A DNA stretch of 64,000 nt from Azolla caroliniana. Taxonomy: Eukaryota; Plantae; Polypodiophyta. Shown one piece after another: positions 33,701-45,000 of this stretch (position 1 is its first letter; every line of letters starts with the position of its first letter). A program made the translations under genes and the position numbers. The notes under the pieces are model-generated. The model ran no database searches and was not told where the DNA came from. It was given only the letters and a program-made list of their open reading frames with translations. The stretch is taken from positions 8,990,001 through 9,054,000 of the forward strand of contig JBHGNT010000008.1 in the NCBI GenBank assembly GCA_043228905.1, written 5' to 3'.

Positions 33701-36700
33701 AAAAGAGCTAAGTCGGACATGGCCAAAAAACCAAAGGCAGAGAACCATCGAAGGATAGTGTTAATAATTACGTAATTAACTAGCGTTAATCAGTGACTAA
33801 TTATGTGAGTAGTTAAGCAGTGGAAGGTTATGTGATATGTGTGTGTATGTGTGTCAGAGGAAGAGAGAGACGATGATACACTTATGAACAATAATATAAA
33901 ATGGGGGATGATTAACGAGTGTATATTAAAAAGCAACATCAAATTCAAAAGTACCCACAATGTGGTATATATACATCTCATGTGCAAAGGTGCACATGTG
34001 TGAGTAGGATATAGGTACAAAAGTGTAAGTCCTATATTAAATGAACATGGTAGTGGAGGATCTACAATGTATCCCACTCAAGTACAAAATCCTATTTAAG
34101 GCTTTAAGGTCAACACACTAACTAGATTCTATCTAGGTAACTACTAAGTTACGTAAGTTGACTAACTAACTAAATCTAGTTGAGCTTGATATCTCAACAC
34201 ACCCCTTTGAGCTCAAGTGTTAGGTGTCCGACGTTCTCTTTGGCTTTCATCGGCTTCCGTCCCGCCTTCGACTTTCTTCGGCCTTTCTTCGGTAGTCTCG
34301 GTTCCTCCCCCTCAAGCTAGTGACTAAGGTTGATAGTGTGAAATGGGCGAAGGTCAACTGCTTCCACCCATCGTGGGTCACGAGCCGCTTCGGTAAAGCT
34401 CTCGGGCTCCTGTTCGGCCGCTAGCTTCATTGCGAAGGCATAATGATGGGCCATATACTCGTTGTAGCCGAGCCGAGTGACATGGTTATTCTCTCTAGAT
34501 GAGTGTCAAAGTTTTTCGCTTGCTGATGTGAGCGCCTTTTGTACTCTGGGTATCCACATGATGGGTACCCCAAACTCACTATCTAGTGAGAGAACCGACA
34601 CATATGAATCACTATCATCGGGATGGTTTACTTCGTATTCGGGAATCTTACCTTTGCCGTTGTCCAAGGTCTTACTTGGCTGTGACGTGCTTGGAAGGCT
34701 TGAAGACTTGTGGGGTCCGTTTAGCTTGGATTTTCCTTTGGTAAAGAACTTGGCCGAATATCATCATCCAAGTTGACATTCAACTCTTCCTCAGTTGGGT
34801 CGGGTGGAGCCGAATCGGGCTTATACCAAGATGTCGATTCTTCAAAGACTACGTCTCAACTCACCCGAACTTCTCGGGTCGAAGGGTTATAGCACTTGTA
34901 TGCCTTTTTCTCAAACGAGTATCCTACAAGGATACATTTCTCCGACTTCGTGTCGGGCTTCTATCGTTTTTTGTTTAGGATGTGTACATTCGCAATGCTT
35001 CCGAACACTTTGAGGTGCAACAGGATCAGCTTCCTTTGGACAACGAGCTCTTATGGAGTTAGCTCATGCACTCCATTATTGTTGTATCAATTCATGAGAT
35101 AGATGGTCGTGGATGCCACTTCAGCCCAATAGAAGTTCACTATGTTATTCTCATGCATCATGGCGTGTGCTACCTCGAGTATGTACCGATTCTTCCTTTC
35201 GGCAATTCCATTTTGTTGGGGTGTGTGTCGGCATGAGAATTCTCTCCAGATACCTTCACCTTGGAGGTAGGAGATGAATTCGTCAGAGAAGTACTCCTTG
35301 CCTCCATCTGATCATAGGCATCGAATGTGCCGACCGGTTTGTTTTTCGACTTGGCCCTTGGGCTTTTGGAAGTGGGAGAGCATTTTGCTCTTCTTCTACA
35401 TCGAGAAGATCCACGTGTAGTGCGAGTAGTCGTCGATGAAGATGACATAGTATCAGCATCCGCCGATCGTCGGTGTTTGAGCCGGTTACCATACATCCGA
35501 ATGTATAATGTCGAGCTGGTTTTTGCTTATGTAGCTCTCCTTCGAGAATGGGAGTCGATGTTGTTTTCCAAGTTGACATGCTTTGCACACTCGGTCGACT
35601 CATTTCGACTGAAAGGGCGGAAGTCCGACGATGACTCCCTTTTACTGCATAGCTCGGAGCCGTTGGAGGTTGATGTGGCCGATTCTCTTGTACCACAACT
35701 CGATGTTCGACTTGATTTTGAGACCTTTGGCATACATGGCCAATTTCACGTCGTTCAAATCGAGAATGAACATTCAACCGTCTCTCCGTCCTTTAGCTAT
35801 GAGTTGGCCATCTTTCTCAATGAAGCATCCTTCATTGTTGAAATGAACTTGCATGCCTTGCTCCACGATTTGGCTGATCGAGAACAAATTCTTTGTTATT
35901 GTAGGCATCTCCAAGTCATTTTTTATTCAAGTTTGTTCACCTTCTTTCCCGAATGGGACATTGCCAATGTGTCGAATGGGATGTGTGGTGTCGCCTCCCG
36001 TCTCTATGAAGCCGGGTCGATCTGGCATTCTTAAGTCACGAAACCATTCTTGGTGTGACGTCATATGATGTGAGGTGCTAGAGTCAACAAACCACACGTC
36101 TTCCGAGTTGGAGGTGCTTGTGGATTTGGAGGCCGACACAGAGTTCACTCTATGTCTCATTACGAATAGTCCACCGCAGTCGACGTATTCGGAATTGGTG
36201 GCGTAGTTTGTGAGTTGTCGGCTTGTCAAAGCTCACTCACTTCTCTTCTTCTGACACTCCTCTTCATGATGGCCGATCTTCCCACAATAGTTGCAGGTAT
36301 GTGGCATTGTTTTCCGACCTTGCTTGGCATGGAAGCTCCCCCTTCTTCCGAAGGTTCCTCGATGGGTTCCGTCTTGTTGTCTAATGTTTGAGTTCCCTTC
36401 GTGAGATGGGTCGAATTGATCTCTTCTACCACCTCGACCTCGTCGTCGATCACCATCCAAATTCAAGAAGAACATTTGTCCTTCCGACATCTTGGTCTTG
36501 GTTTGGACGTGGTTCTCTTCAACCAATAGCATTGATTGAAGGTCAAAGAACGAAGGAGGGTTTTCCCTCGCCAAGATTGTTGTCCTCAACGAGTCAAATC
36601 ATTGTGTGAGGTCGCCCAAGCATACTTGAACCATCTCATCTTCGTCGACATTTATGTTGATGGAGCCAAGCGATTCGCAAATGCTCTTGATCTTGGTAGT

Positions 36701-38106
36701 GTAGTCCGACACAAACATATCTTGGTATGTTGTTCAACTCTTGCCAGAGTTGAAACTTGTGTGCCGTCGTATTGGCGACGGAAATCTTGTTGAAATTCGC
36801 CCATGCCTCTTTAGGCAACTTGGCGTCTCGATTGTGGATAAGCATGTGATCGTGGACACATGTTGCCAAGAAATACATGACTCGACTCGCCGCTTGCTAC
36901 CATATTGAGTAATCAACGTTCTTTGGGTTGGCTCGATTTTCTTGTGTGCCGTTGATGTAGCTCCAATACCCTTGGTTGACTAGGTATTGGTTCATCTTGT
37001 ACTCCCAAGATGAATAATTGCTCCGGTCTAGCTTTTCACTAGGGAGAGAGCTACCCATTTGTGTGTTCATGTTGATTAGTATCTTCTCTTCTTTTTCTTC
37101 TTTGGCTTTTCTTCTTTCGATCACGTACACGTGCTACATAGTGGCACTACGGTAGCGGATAGCCGGATTTGTCGTCATTGTCTTGATCACACAATCACAA
37201 AGAGTCGGGTGGGCTTAGTGGATGTGCTAAACCACACACTTTGGTACCATGTTAATAATTAGATAATTAACTAGGGTTAATTAGTGACTAATTATGTGAG
37301 TAGTTAAGCTGTGGAAGGTTATGTGATGTGTGTGTGTGTGAGAGAGAGAGAAAGAGAGAAAGAGAGAGAGAGGAAGATACACTTATGAAGAATAATATAA
37401 AATGGGGAATGATTAACGAGTGTATATTAAAAAGCATCATCAAATACAAAAATACCCACAATGAGGTATATATGCATCTCATGTGCAAAGGTGCACATGT
37501 GTGAGTAGAATATAGGTACAAAGGTGTAAGTCCTATATTAAATGAACATGGGAGTGGAAGATCTACAATGTATCCCACTCAAGTACAAAATCCTATTTAA
37601 GACATTAAGGTCAACACACTAACTAGATTCTATCTAGGTAACTACGAATTTACCTATGTTGACTAACTAACTAAATCTAGCTAAGCTTGATATCTCAACA
37701 AATAGGAAAGGAACAAAGCCGAAAGGGCATGAGGGAGCTAAGAGGATCAGGACTGGCCAAGAATGAAAGCTGGGAAAGCCAAAGCCGATGAATAAGCCAA
37801 AGGAACAAATCGGCAAAATGGGGCCCTAAGAGCTAGTAGGCCGAAGAGGCCAGAACTTGAGCTTAAGGGGGAGTGTTGAGATAGCAAGGTCTACCCCTTG
37901 TACATATGAAAGCCCACTATCTTATTAGGAATCCTACGGTTACAATATATAAAGGCTCATTGAGCACTGTTGTAACGAACTAATTGTTTTTTAGTAATAT
38001 AGTTCTGGTCTTTGGTTTCCCCTCTCTCTCACTCTCGATGCCACCATTTTGGTATAAACATTCATGTGTTTTGGATGTGGCAAGGGGACATTGCTGTGAG
38101 TTTCTA
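30770..38106 (+). mobile_element. Ty1/copia element D, 5'-truncated (pol remnants 30770-33665; 3' LTR from 37874 into the gap); interrupted by copia E
   Basis: LWHKRFNH, integrase, YKARLVAKG RT and IYCDN RNase H motifs; PPT AAGGGGGAG then TGTTGAG at 37874. Confidence 0.85.
33759..37700 (-). mobile_element. Ty1/copia element E, internally deleted (no RT/RNase H)
   Basis: LTRs 37250-37700 (5') and 33759-34199 (3'); TSD GATAG/AATAG; degenerate iMet PBS 37238-37249; gag, WFVDS protease and integrase remnants only. Confidence 0.9.
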
Positions 38107-38206
38107 NNNNNNNNNNNNNNNNNNNNNNNNNNNNNNNNNNNNNNNNNNNNNNNNNNNNNNNNNNNNNNNNNNNNNNNNNNNNNNNNNNNNNNNNNNNNNN
38201 NNNNNN
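38107..38206. other. Assembly gap (100 N)
   Basis: Run of N. Confidence 1.
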
Positions 38207-41200
38207 ACGAACGTGTATATCATGCTCCTCTTGAGTTTTTGAGTAGATCAAGATATCATCTAGGTAAACTATGACAAAAATATCGAGGAAATCTCAAAAA
38301 ATTCCATTAACCATATGTTGGAAAACTGTTGGTGCATTCACAAGACCAAATGGCATCGTTGTATAGTCAAAATGGCCATAGCGAGTACGGAAAGTAGTCT
38401 TCCATTCATCCCCAAGATGAATTCGAACAAGGTTGTAAGCACCTCGAAGATTTAACTTTGTGAAATATTTAGCTCCACTGAGGCATTCCAGAAGGCTTGA
38501 GATCAATGGTAGAGCATATCAGTTTCAAATAGTTACTTTATTCAATACCTGATAATCCACGACCAAACGAAGCGAACCATCTTTCTTCATAACGAAAAAT
38601 ATGGGTGCACCGACACGAGATCTTGAATGCGGGATAAACCCATTTGCCAAGTTCGCATCGATATATTCTCGAAGAACCTTTAGCTCTGTGGGCGAAAGGT
38701 TATAAATTGGCCCCCATGGAGGCTCTTTTCTGGGCTACAAATCAATCGAGCAATCATATGGTCGATGCTCTGGTAGTCTATGGGCCTTCACCTTATCGAA
38801 CACATCGGAGAATTCTGTATATATTTCTTCGGTAGTTGGACCCCAAATTCTTGTGAGCTCGATGTGGGAGTTGCTAAAACTTCTAACACAAACATTTCTT
38901 CCTTCCATCCTTCCTCACGTAACTGTCACAGAGCAGAGTGAAGACAAGACTAGAAAACAAGAGAGAGGAAAAGAACAAGACTAGTATAATCCGTTACTGG
39001 TGTTGTTCACCTTGATTAGAATCAAGGTGCACCTGAGTATTTATACAAGAAGGTAGGGCTATGTAAGCCAGCTTGAAATAGAGTATGCATGAGGATGCAT
39101 GCAATAGAGAATGCATGAGAATGTCTGCAAACTAGAAATGAGGATGCATGGAAGCTAGGAACTTCAAATGTTCAATCTACATTACATGAAGTTGGATTTG
39201 GTACAAGGATGCATATATAGCTCAATGGTAGGGTTGCCTAATAGAGACCATGAGGTCTTGGGTTCAATCCTTACCTTCCTTTGTGGCATATGGCTATGAC
39301 ATTATCCTCCCTCTAAGGTTGCCTCCTAACACCCACGACTGGTTTATGAGGGCATCGTTAATGAAAGCAGCGCGAATTGCCTTCGACACATTTTGTAAAT
39401 GTGTAATTCGTTCCCATGTGGTGTGTGAAAGAGGGTAACCTTTCCATAAGACCAAGTATTGAAGTCTTCATCGATGTAAGCGGGAGTCTAGGATTCGGTC
39501 AACCTCGTACTCCTTACTTGTCGATAATTCCACAGGCGGTGGCAGAGGTTGTCATCTTGGAATATGAGAAGGATGGTAGAGTTCGAGGAGAGGGACGTGG
39601 AAAACATTGTAAAGCCGAAATGTGGGAGGAAGTGCTAACAGGAAGGCGACTGGGTTAACGCACTCGAGGATACATAAGGGGCCTAACATTTTTGTAGTCG
39701 AGCTTCGCGCAGGGACGGGTGGTTACGATGTGGTGATGTAGTAGCCAAACCATGTCACTGACTGCGAAGGTCGGCGCGACCAAGCGATGTCGGTCTACGT
39801 GAGCTTTATACTGTTTGCCAACGACACAGATCTTTAGGGAGAGGTCACGATGGACATCTTGTAAGGTGTGGGCATGCCTCTCGGCTGACAAATTGACAGA
39901 AATCTACAGAATGGAAATGTTGAAATGAGGGTGGAAACCATAGTTTGCAAAGAATGGGGAAACCTTAGTTGAGGCATGGATACAATTAGTGTAGGCAAAT
40001 TCCACCATGGCAAGGAAGTCCACCCAATTGTCTTGTTGGTAGCTGATTGTACACTTGAGGTATTGTTCGAGGATTTGGTTGACTCTTTCGGTTTGGCCAT
40101 CAGTTTGCAAGTGGTGCATGCTTGAAAAGTTCACAGAAGTCCCGAATGTATGTAGAAGTCGGCGTTAGAAGTGGGAGATCAATTGAGGACCTCGATCAGA
40201 AGTGACATCCTCAGGGACGCTGTGTAATCGGATGACATTTTTCAAAAAAATAGTCAGTCGTCTCCTCCCCCGAAATGGTTTTCGAACATGGGACAAATTG
40301 AGCCATCTTTGAAAACTGATTGACGACCACTAGCACCGCGTCATGGTCATCAACCCGAGGAAGGTCGGTGATAAAGTCCATGGAGAGAGATGCCCAAGGT
40401 CTATTGGGAATTGGAAGTGGGTGTAGAAGGCCGTCGGGACGACGATGAGCCGCTTTGGAGAGAGCATAGATGATGATGAGTCGCTTTCGATTGCAACTCT
40501 CATAATGATTCCCAAAGGATTTCATTCTCTAGCTGAAGTTGTTGCAAGGCTTCCATGACTTGGTTTAGGTTGTCGGCGGAGCCAGACATGGTAGCAAGAA
40601 AAGGGTGAAGGTGAACAAACTATCATGGACAAGTATAATAGAGTAAAGCGAAGACAAGACTAGAAAACAAGAGAGAGGAAAAGAACAAGAACTTAACTTA
40701 TAGAATCCGTAACTGGTGTTGTTCACCTTGATTAGAATCAAGGTGCACCTATGTAAGTATTTATACAAGAAGGTAGGGCTATGTAAGCCAGCTAGAAATA
40801 GAGTATGCATGAGAATGCATGCAATAGAGAATGCATGGGAATGTGTGCAAGCTAGAACTGAGGATGCATGAAAGCTAGGAACTTCCAATGTTCAATCTAC
40901 ACTACATGAAGTTGAATTTAATACAAGGATGCATATTTAGCTCAATTGGTAGGGTTGCCCAATAGAGACCATGAGGTTTTAGGTTCAATCCTACCTTCCT
41001 CTATGGTATATGTCTATGACAGTAACTAAAGTACAAAGATTGTTGAAATTTTTTGGAATTTCATATCCCTTGTTGGAGTTTTAAGAGACTCAGACTATAG
41101 TGTGACCTCTTCAATGGTTTTTTTCCTCCAATCAATAGTTGGGTTATGTAGCTCAAACCATGGAAGAGCAAGAACTAGGGAGTTCTCTGGACTACTAATG

Positions 41201-41695
41201 ATGTTGAACGAGATGACACTAGCCAAATTGCCTAGGACTACACGAATTGGTTCAGACTCTTCAATTATATCACCTAATGTTATGGGGCGTCCATCAATGA
41301 CTCTGACATGCATTGGGTTTGGGAGCTTATGCAATTGAATATTATGCATTACAACAAACTCACGATTCATGAAACAAGAGTTGGATCCAAAGTCTAAGAG
41401 GGCAAAAGCTGGGACTCGATGGCACCTAGATGTGTTAAGCTCAACTTGTGTAGAGAAAACTCGACTAACTTGACCGGATGAAATGGAACCACAACTAGGG
41501 ACGGACGCTCTATGCCTAGGGTTTTCATAAATATCTAAAATATTCTAGAACATTCTAGAATACTCCATAAGGACCTATAAATAGGTGCCTAATCATTTAT
41601 TACAACTCATTCGGTTCAACACCAGTCTTCAGCCCCTTAGCCTAGTCTTTGTAACCTTTGTTCTCTTATAATATAAACTCTTTTCCATTTCTACT

Positions 41696-41740
<45 letters not shown>

Positions 41741-42065
41741 ACCTTCTATCATCATCTTTTTATCTTTCTCTCTCCTACTCTCAAGTCACGACAGTTTGAA
41801 TCGAAAGAGTTGTAATGAATGAATAGACACCTATTTATAGGTCCTTATGGAGTATTCTAGAATGTTCTAAAATGTTTTAGATATTTAATATAATCATGGA
41901 ATATTCTAGAATGTTCTAGAGTACTTTAAATATCTTGTAATAACTAATAATATAATTATTATGACCATACATAATATATGTTATTATAATGGTTAAAGGT
42001 CTAACACATAGACCAAGACCTTGGGGTTTGAATCCTTGTAAGCCAAAATGTATGTCTTCATGACA
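38207..42065 (-). mobile_element. Degenerate Tcn1-like chromovirus G (RT 38207-38920, protease 41095-41470, rearranged 5' LTR to 42065), interrupted by element F
   Basis: Peptides homologous to the young element's protease and RT; LTR terminus TGACA at 42061-42065; gag absent. Confidence 0.82.
38924..41021 (-). mobile_element. Short non-autonomous chromovirus derivative F (2.1 kb)
   Basis: LTRs 40621-41021 (5') and 38924-39301 (3'); perfect TSD GTAAC (38919-38923/41022-41026); interior has only a gag start joined to degenerate integrase-chromodomain; PPT next to 39302. Confidence 0.9.
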
Positions 42066-45000
42066 CTTTTTAACTTCCTCTTTAACTTTTTTAATCTCTT
42101 CCTTTATATCCGCTATGGAAGATATTTCACCATCTTCCCAAGATACCTCGAGGTCATTAAGTTGTTTCTTAAGGTTGGTGTTTTCTACATTAAGTTTCTC
42201 TATTTCGTCCTTAAGTGTGTCTTTTTCCTCTCTATCTTTATTTCATGTGGGTTTCGACTTCTTTCGCCCATTTTTTCATATCATTCTCTATTTTTGCTAA
42301 ACGATTAAACATATTTTAAAAGTTTTCTTTACTTATAGCCTCATTTTGTATCTCCTTATGTTCTTTAGTTTGTTTAGATGTCCTTTTGGTGTCAATAATA
42401 AAAAAAAGATAAAAGAAATGGGTGGGAGACTTAGCCGAGCCTGTGTGGATGTTGTATTCACATTGGCATTTCGTCGATTCGAACGTAGCACATGACAAGC
42501 ACGCCGAAAGAACCCTCCAAAGAAGGAATGCACTCAAAGTGAAACGCACACACCTCAAAGGTCCACTAAGGATGGACTCTACAACGGCACAGACAAGAAC
42601 TCAAACAACAGCTAACAACGACAACAAACAACGGCAGCAGCGAGACAAAGAGTTGTTGGGGCAAGAACAAGAGCAAGAGAGTAAAAGCAGGAAAGTAAAA
42701 GCAAAAGCAGAAAGCAGAAATAGAGAGACAGAAGAACATAAAAAAAAAGCACAAAAAGAACCACCCTAATTTGAGCATGAACAATCATCAAATAATCATG
42801 CCCATTTCACCTAATGACTACACTAATCATTTTGTACTTTCATGAATTAAAATGATATCCATTCAAAATTTACTCCACATTGAGGCACTAGGAAATTACC
42901 CACCTACCACCCATGTAATTCTAACATATCCAAAATTTTCAACATTTCATACACTTATCATCATATGTGTATATAATTTAGCCTCAAAACAAGGCTTTCT
43001 CTCACTAAACGCATTCCCAAACAAGGCTTTTTCTAATAAACATATTCCAAAACATGGCTTTCTCTCACAATGTGTAAGCAGCTTATGACATCTGAAAGAA
43101 ATATACTTGTTCTTTTGTATATAACTGAATTACATCTTGAGATAGCGATAAAGAAAAGAATATCCGATAGTTAATACTTGAGAAAATTGATTGTGATGTA
43201 TTAACGTCAATGAATGCCATACAAACATTATTTAATCAACAATACAAGTACACAACTTTCATCCAGAGACCACAGTTACGATTACTACATAACAAGGTCA
43301 AAATAAAGTTTCAAATCATGAAATACTTCACCTACAACAAACCTCTACTGGCCATATTTCACAAATCATAGAGTTTATCAATTTCTTCTTGTACCATTCA
43401 AGCATTCGTAAACTGAAGTTGATCAATTAAGACTTGAATATAAACCAAGACCACATTAAAATTGGTTAACCAAGACATCTAGCCAAGGTATCCATCTCTG
43501 CAATAGTGGGACTACATTAAAATAGGTTACCATGTGTTGAGTTACAAGCTCAACATTGACCGGATCGGTGCGTAAACTGGTGCGCAACAAGAGGCCGGAT
43601 CGGTGCGTAAACCGGGAGGCCATTAAACAGATACTCTACGAGGGAATATATTTGGGAGTTGGTCTAGGAGCTCAATTATGAGCATTGAGGTACGTTTCAG
43701 TACTTTTGTCAATCCGTATGAACTTGTATAAAAGTGCTCCCTCAGCACATCCTATGTATAGAATTTTACACATTATTATGAATTTAGTTTTTCTATGTGC
43801 TCATTCCCTCTCTGTCTCTCCCGCATACATTGTGTCTTAAGCTCTCCATTAAACCTATTTTTTCTCTGTCGGTATTCTTTGTTTCGTATAGCTTCCGCAC
43901 ATTACATTGCACATGGTATTAGAGCACGAGGGTTGAGAACCTCTGTAGCCGACTTCAACTCGAAACAACAACAAAAAAAACCTAATCTCGGTGAAGAACG
44001 AAAAGAAAAATAATGGATAGAGGTATGGCTAGTTTGCTTCTAACTGAGAAGCTCGACAAAAGTAACTATGCATCTTGGTCATACAAGATGCACCAGTACC
44101 TGCTCGGACATGGATACTGGAGCTATGTCGATGGAGCGAATGATGCAGCACCCGAATTGACACACAAAGACTTCCCGGCCTGGGAACAGTCGGCGAGCAG
44201 AGTTCTCTACTGTTTCGCGTCCTGTGTGAGCAAATAGCTCTTGAGCTACATTCAGGATGTAAGAACGTCAAAGGATGCTTGGGGAAATCTGAAAAAGATT
44301 TTCTCCGCAAGCACCACAACCAGGAAGCTCCAACTCCGACAAGAGTTGAGCAATGAGCGTCAACGCGACATGACAGTGGCTAGCTACACCTCCAAGATAA
44401 AGGATATCTGCGATTCCCTCGCCTCCATCGATGTGAACGTTGAGGAGGGCGAAATGGTGCAGATCTACCTCAAAGGATTGGTGTCGAAGTTCGGAGCATT
44501 CCAAACTGCCATTTGTACAAGGGAGAATATGTCGTCGTTTTTCGACTTGCAATTGATGCTCCTTGTAGAGGAGAATCATGCAGGTGCGTCGACGAGTACG
44601 CACACCGACAACAAGATGTTGTACACGGAGGGAAATAGGCCCCGTGGTCGTGGCGGATGAGGCGAATCGGCACGCAATGGAGGCGGCCGATGGGAGCAAG
44701 GAAGAATGCATCGCGGTGATGCCGACAACAATTCTAAACCCTCTAGAAGCAGGGGGAGTCAAGAAGGCAAGGAGAACCCGCAAGGGAAACATGTCGCGGA
44801 ATGTTGGCATTGTGGCAAGAAAGGCCACAAGGAGAGCGAGTGCTAGAAGAAGCGCGCAGATTCAGAGAAATCCGGATCGGGACGGATCGAACAAGGAAAT
44901 CGGCAGCGGACACACTACGCCAAAGGATCCGAAAAAGTCAGAAAGGGGGCAGCCTTCGTGACAAGACACAAAGCGAACTCGATGAATAAGACCACCCCGA

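Noticed and set aside
35327-36034. 235-aa plus-strand ORF
   Set aside because: Antisense shadow of the copia E integrase region.
37984-38274. ORFs spanning 38107-38206
   Set aside because: Artefacts of translating through the N gap; the two sides belong to different elements.
42066-42800. Minus-strand coiled-coil peptide (EEKDTLKDEIEKLNVENTNLKKQLNDLE...), possibly LINE ORF1
   Set aside because: Short, broken and without a diagnostic motif; cannot be assigned.
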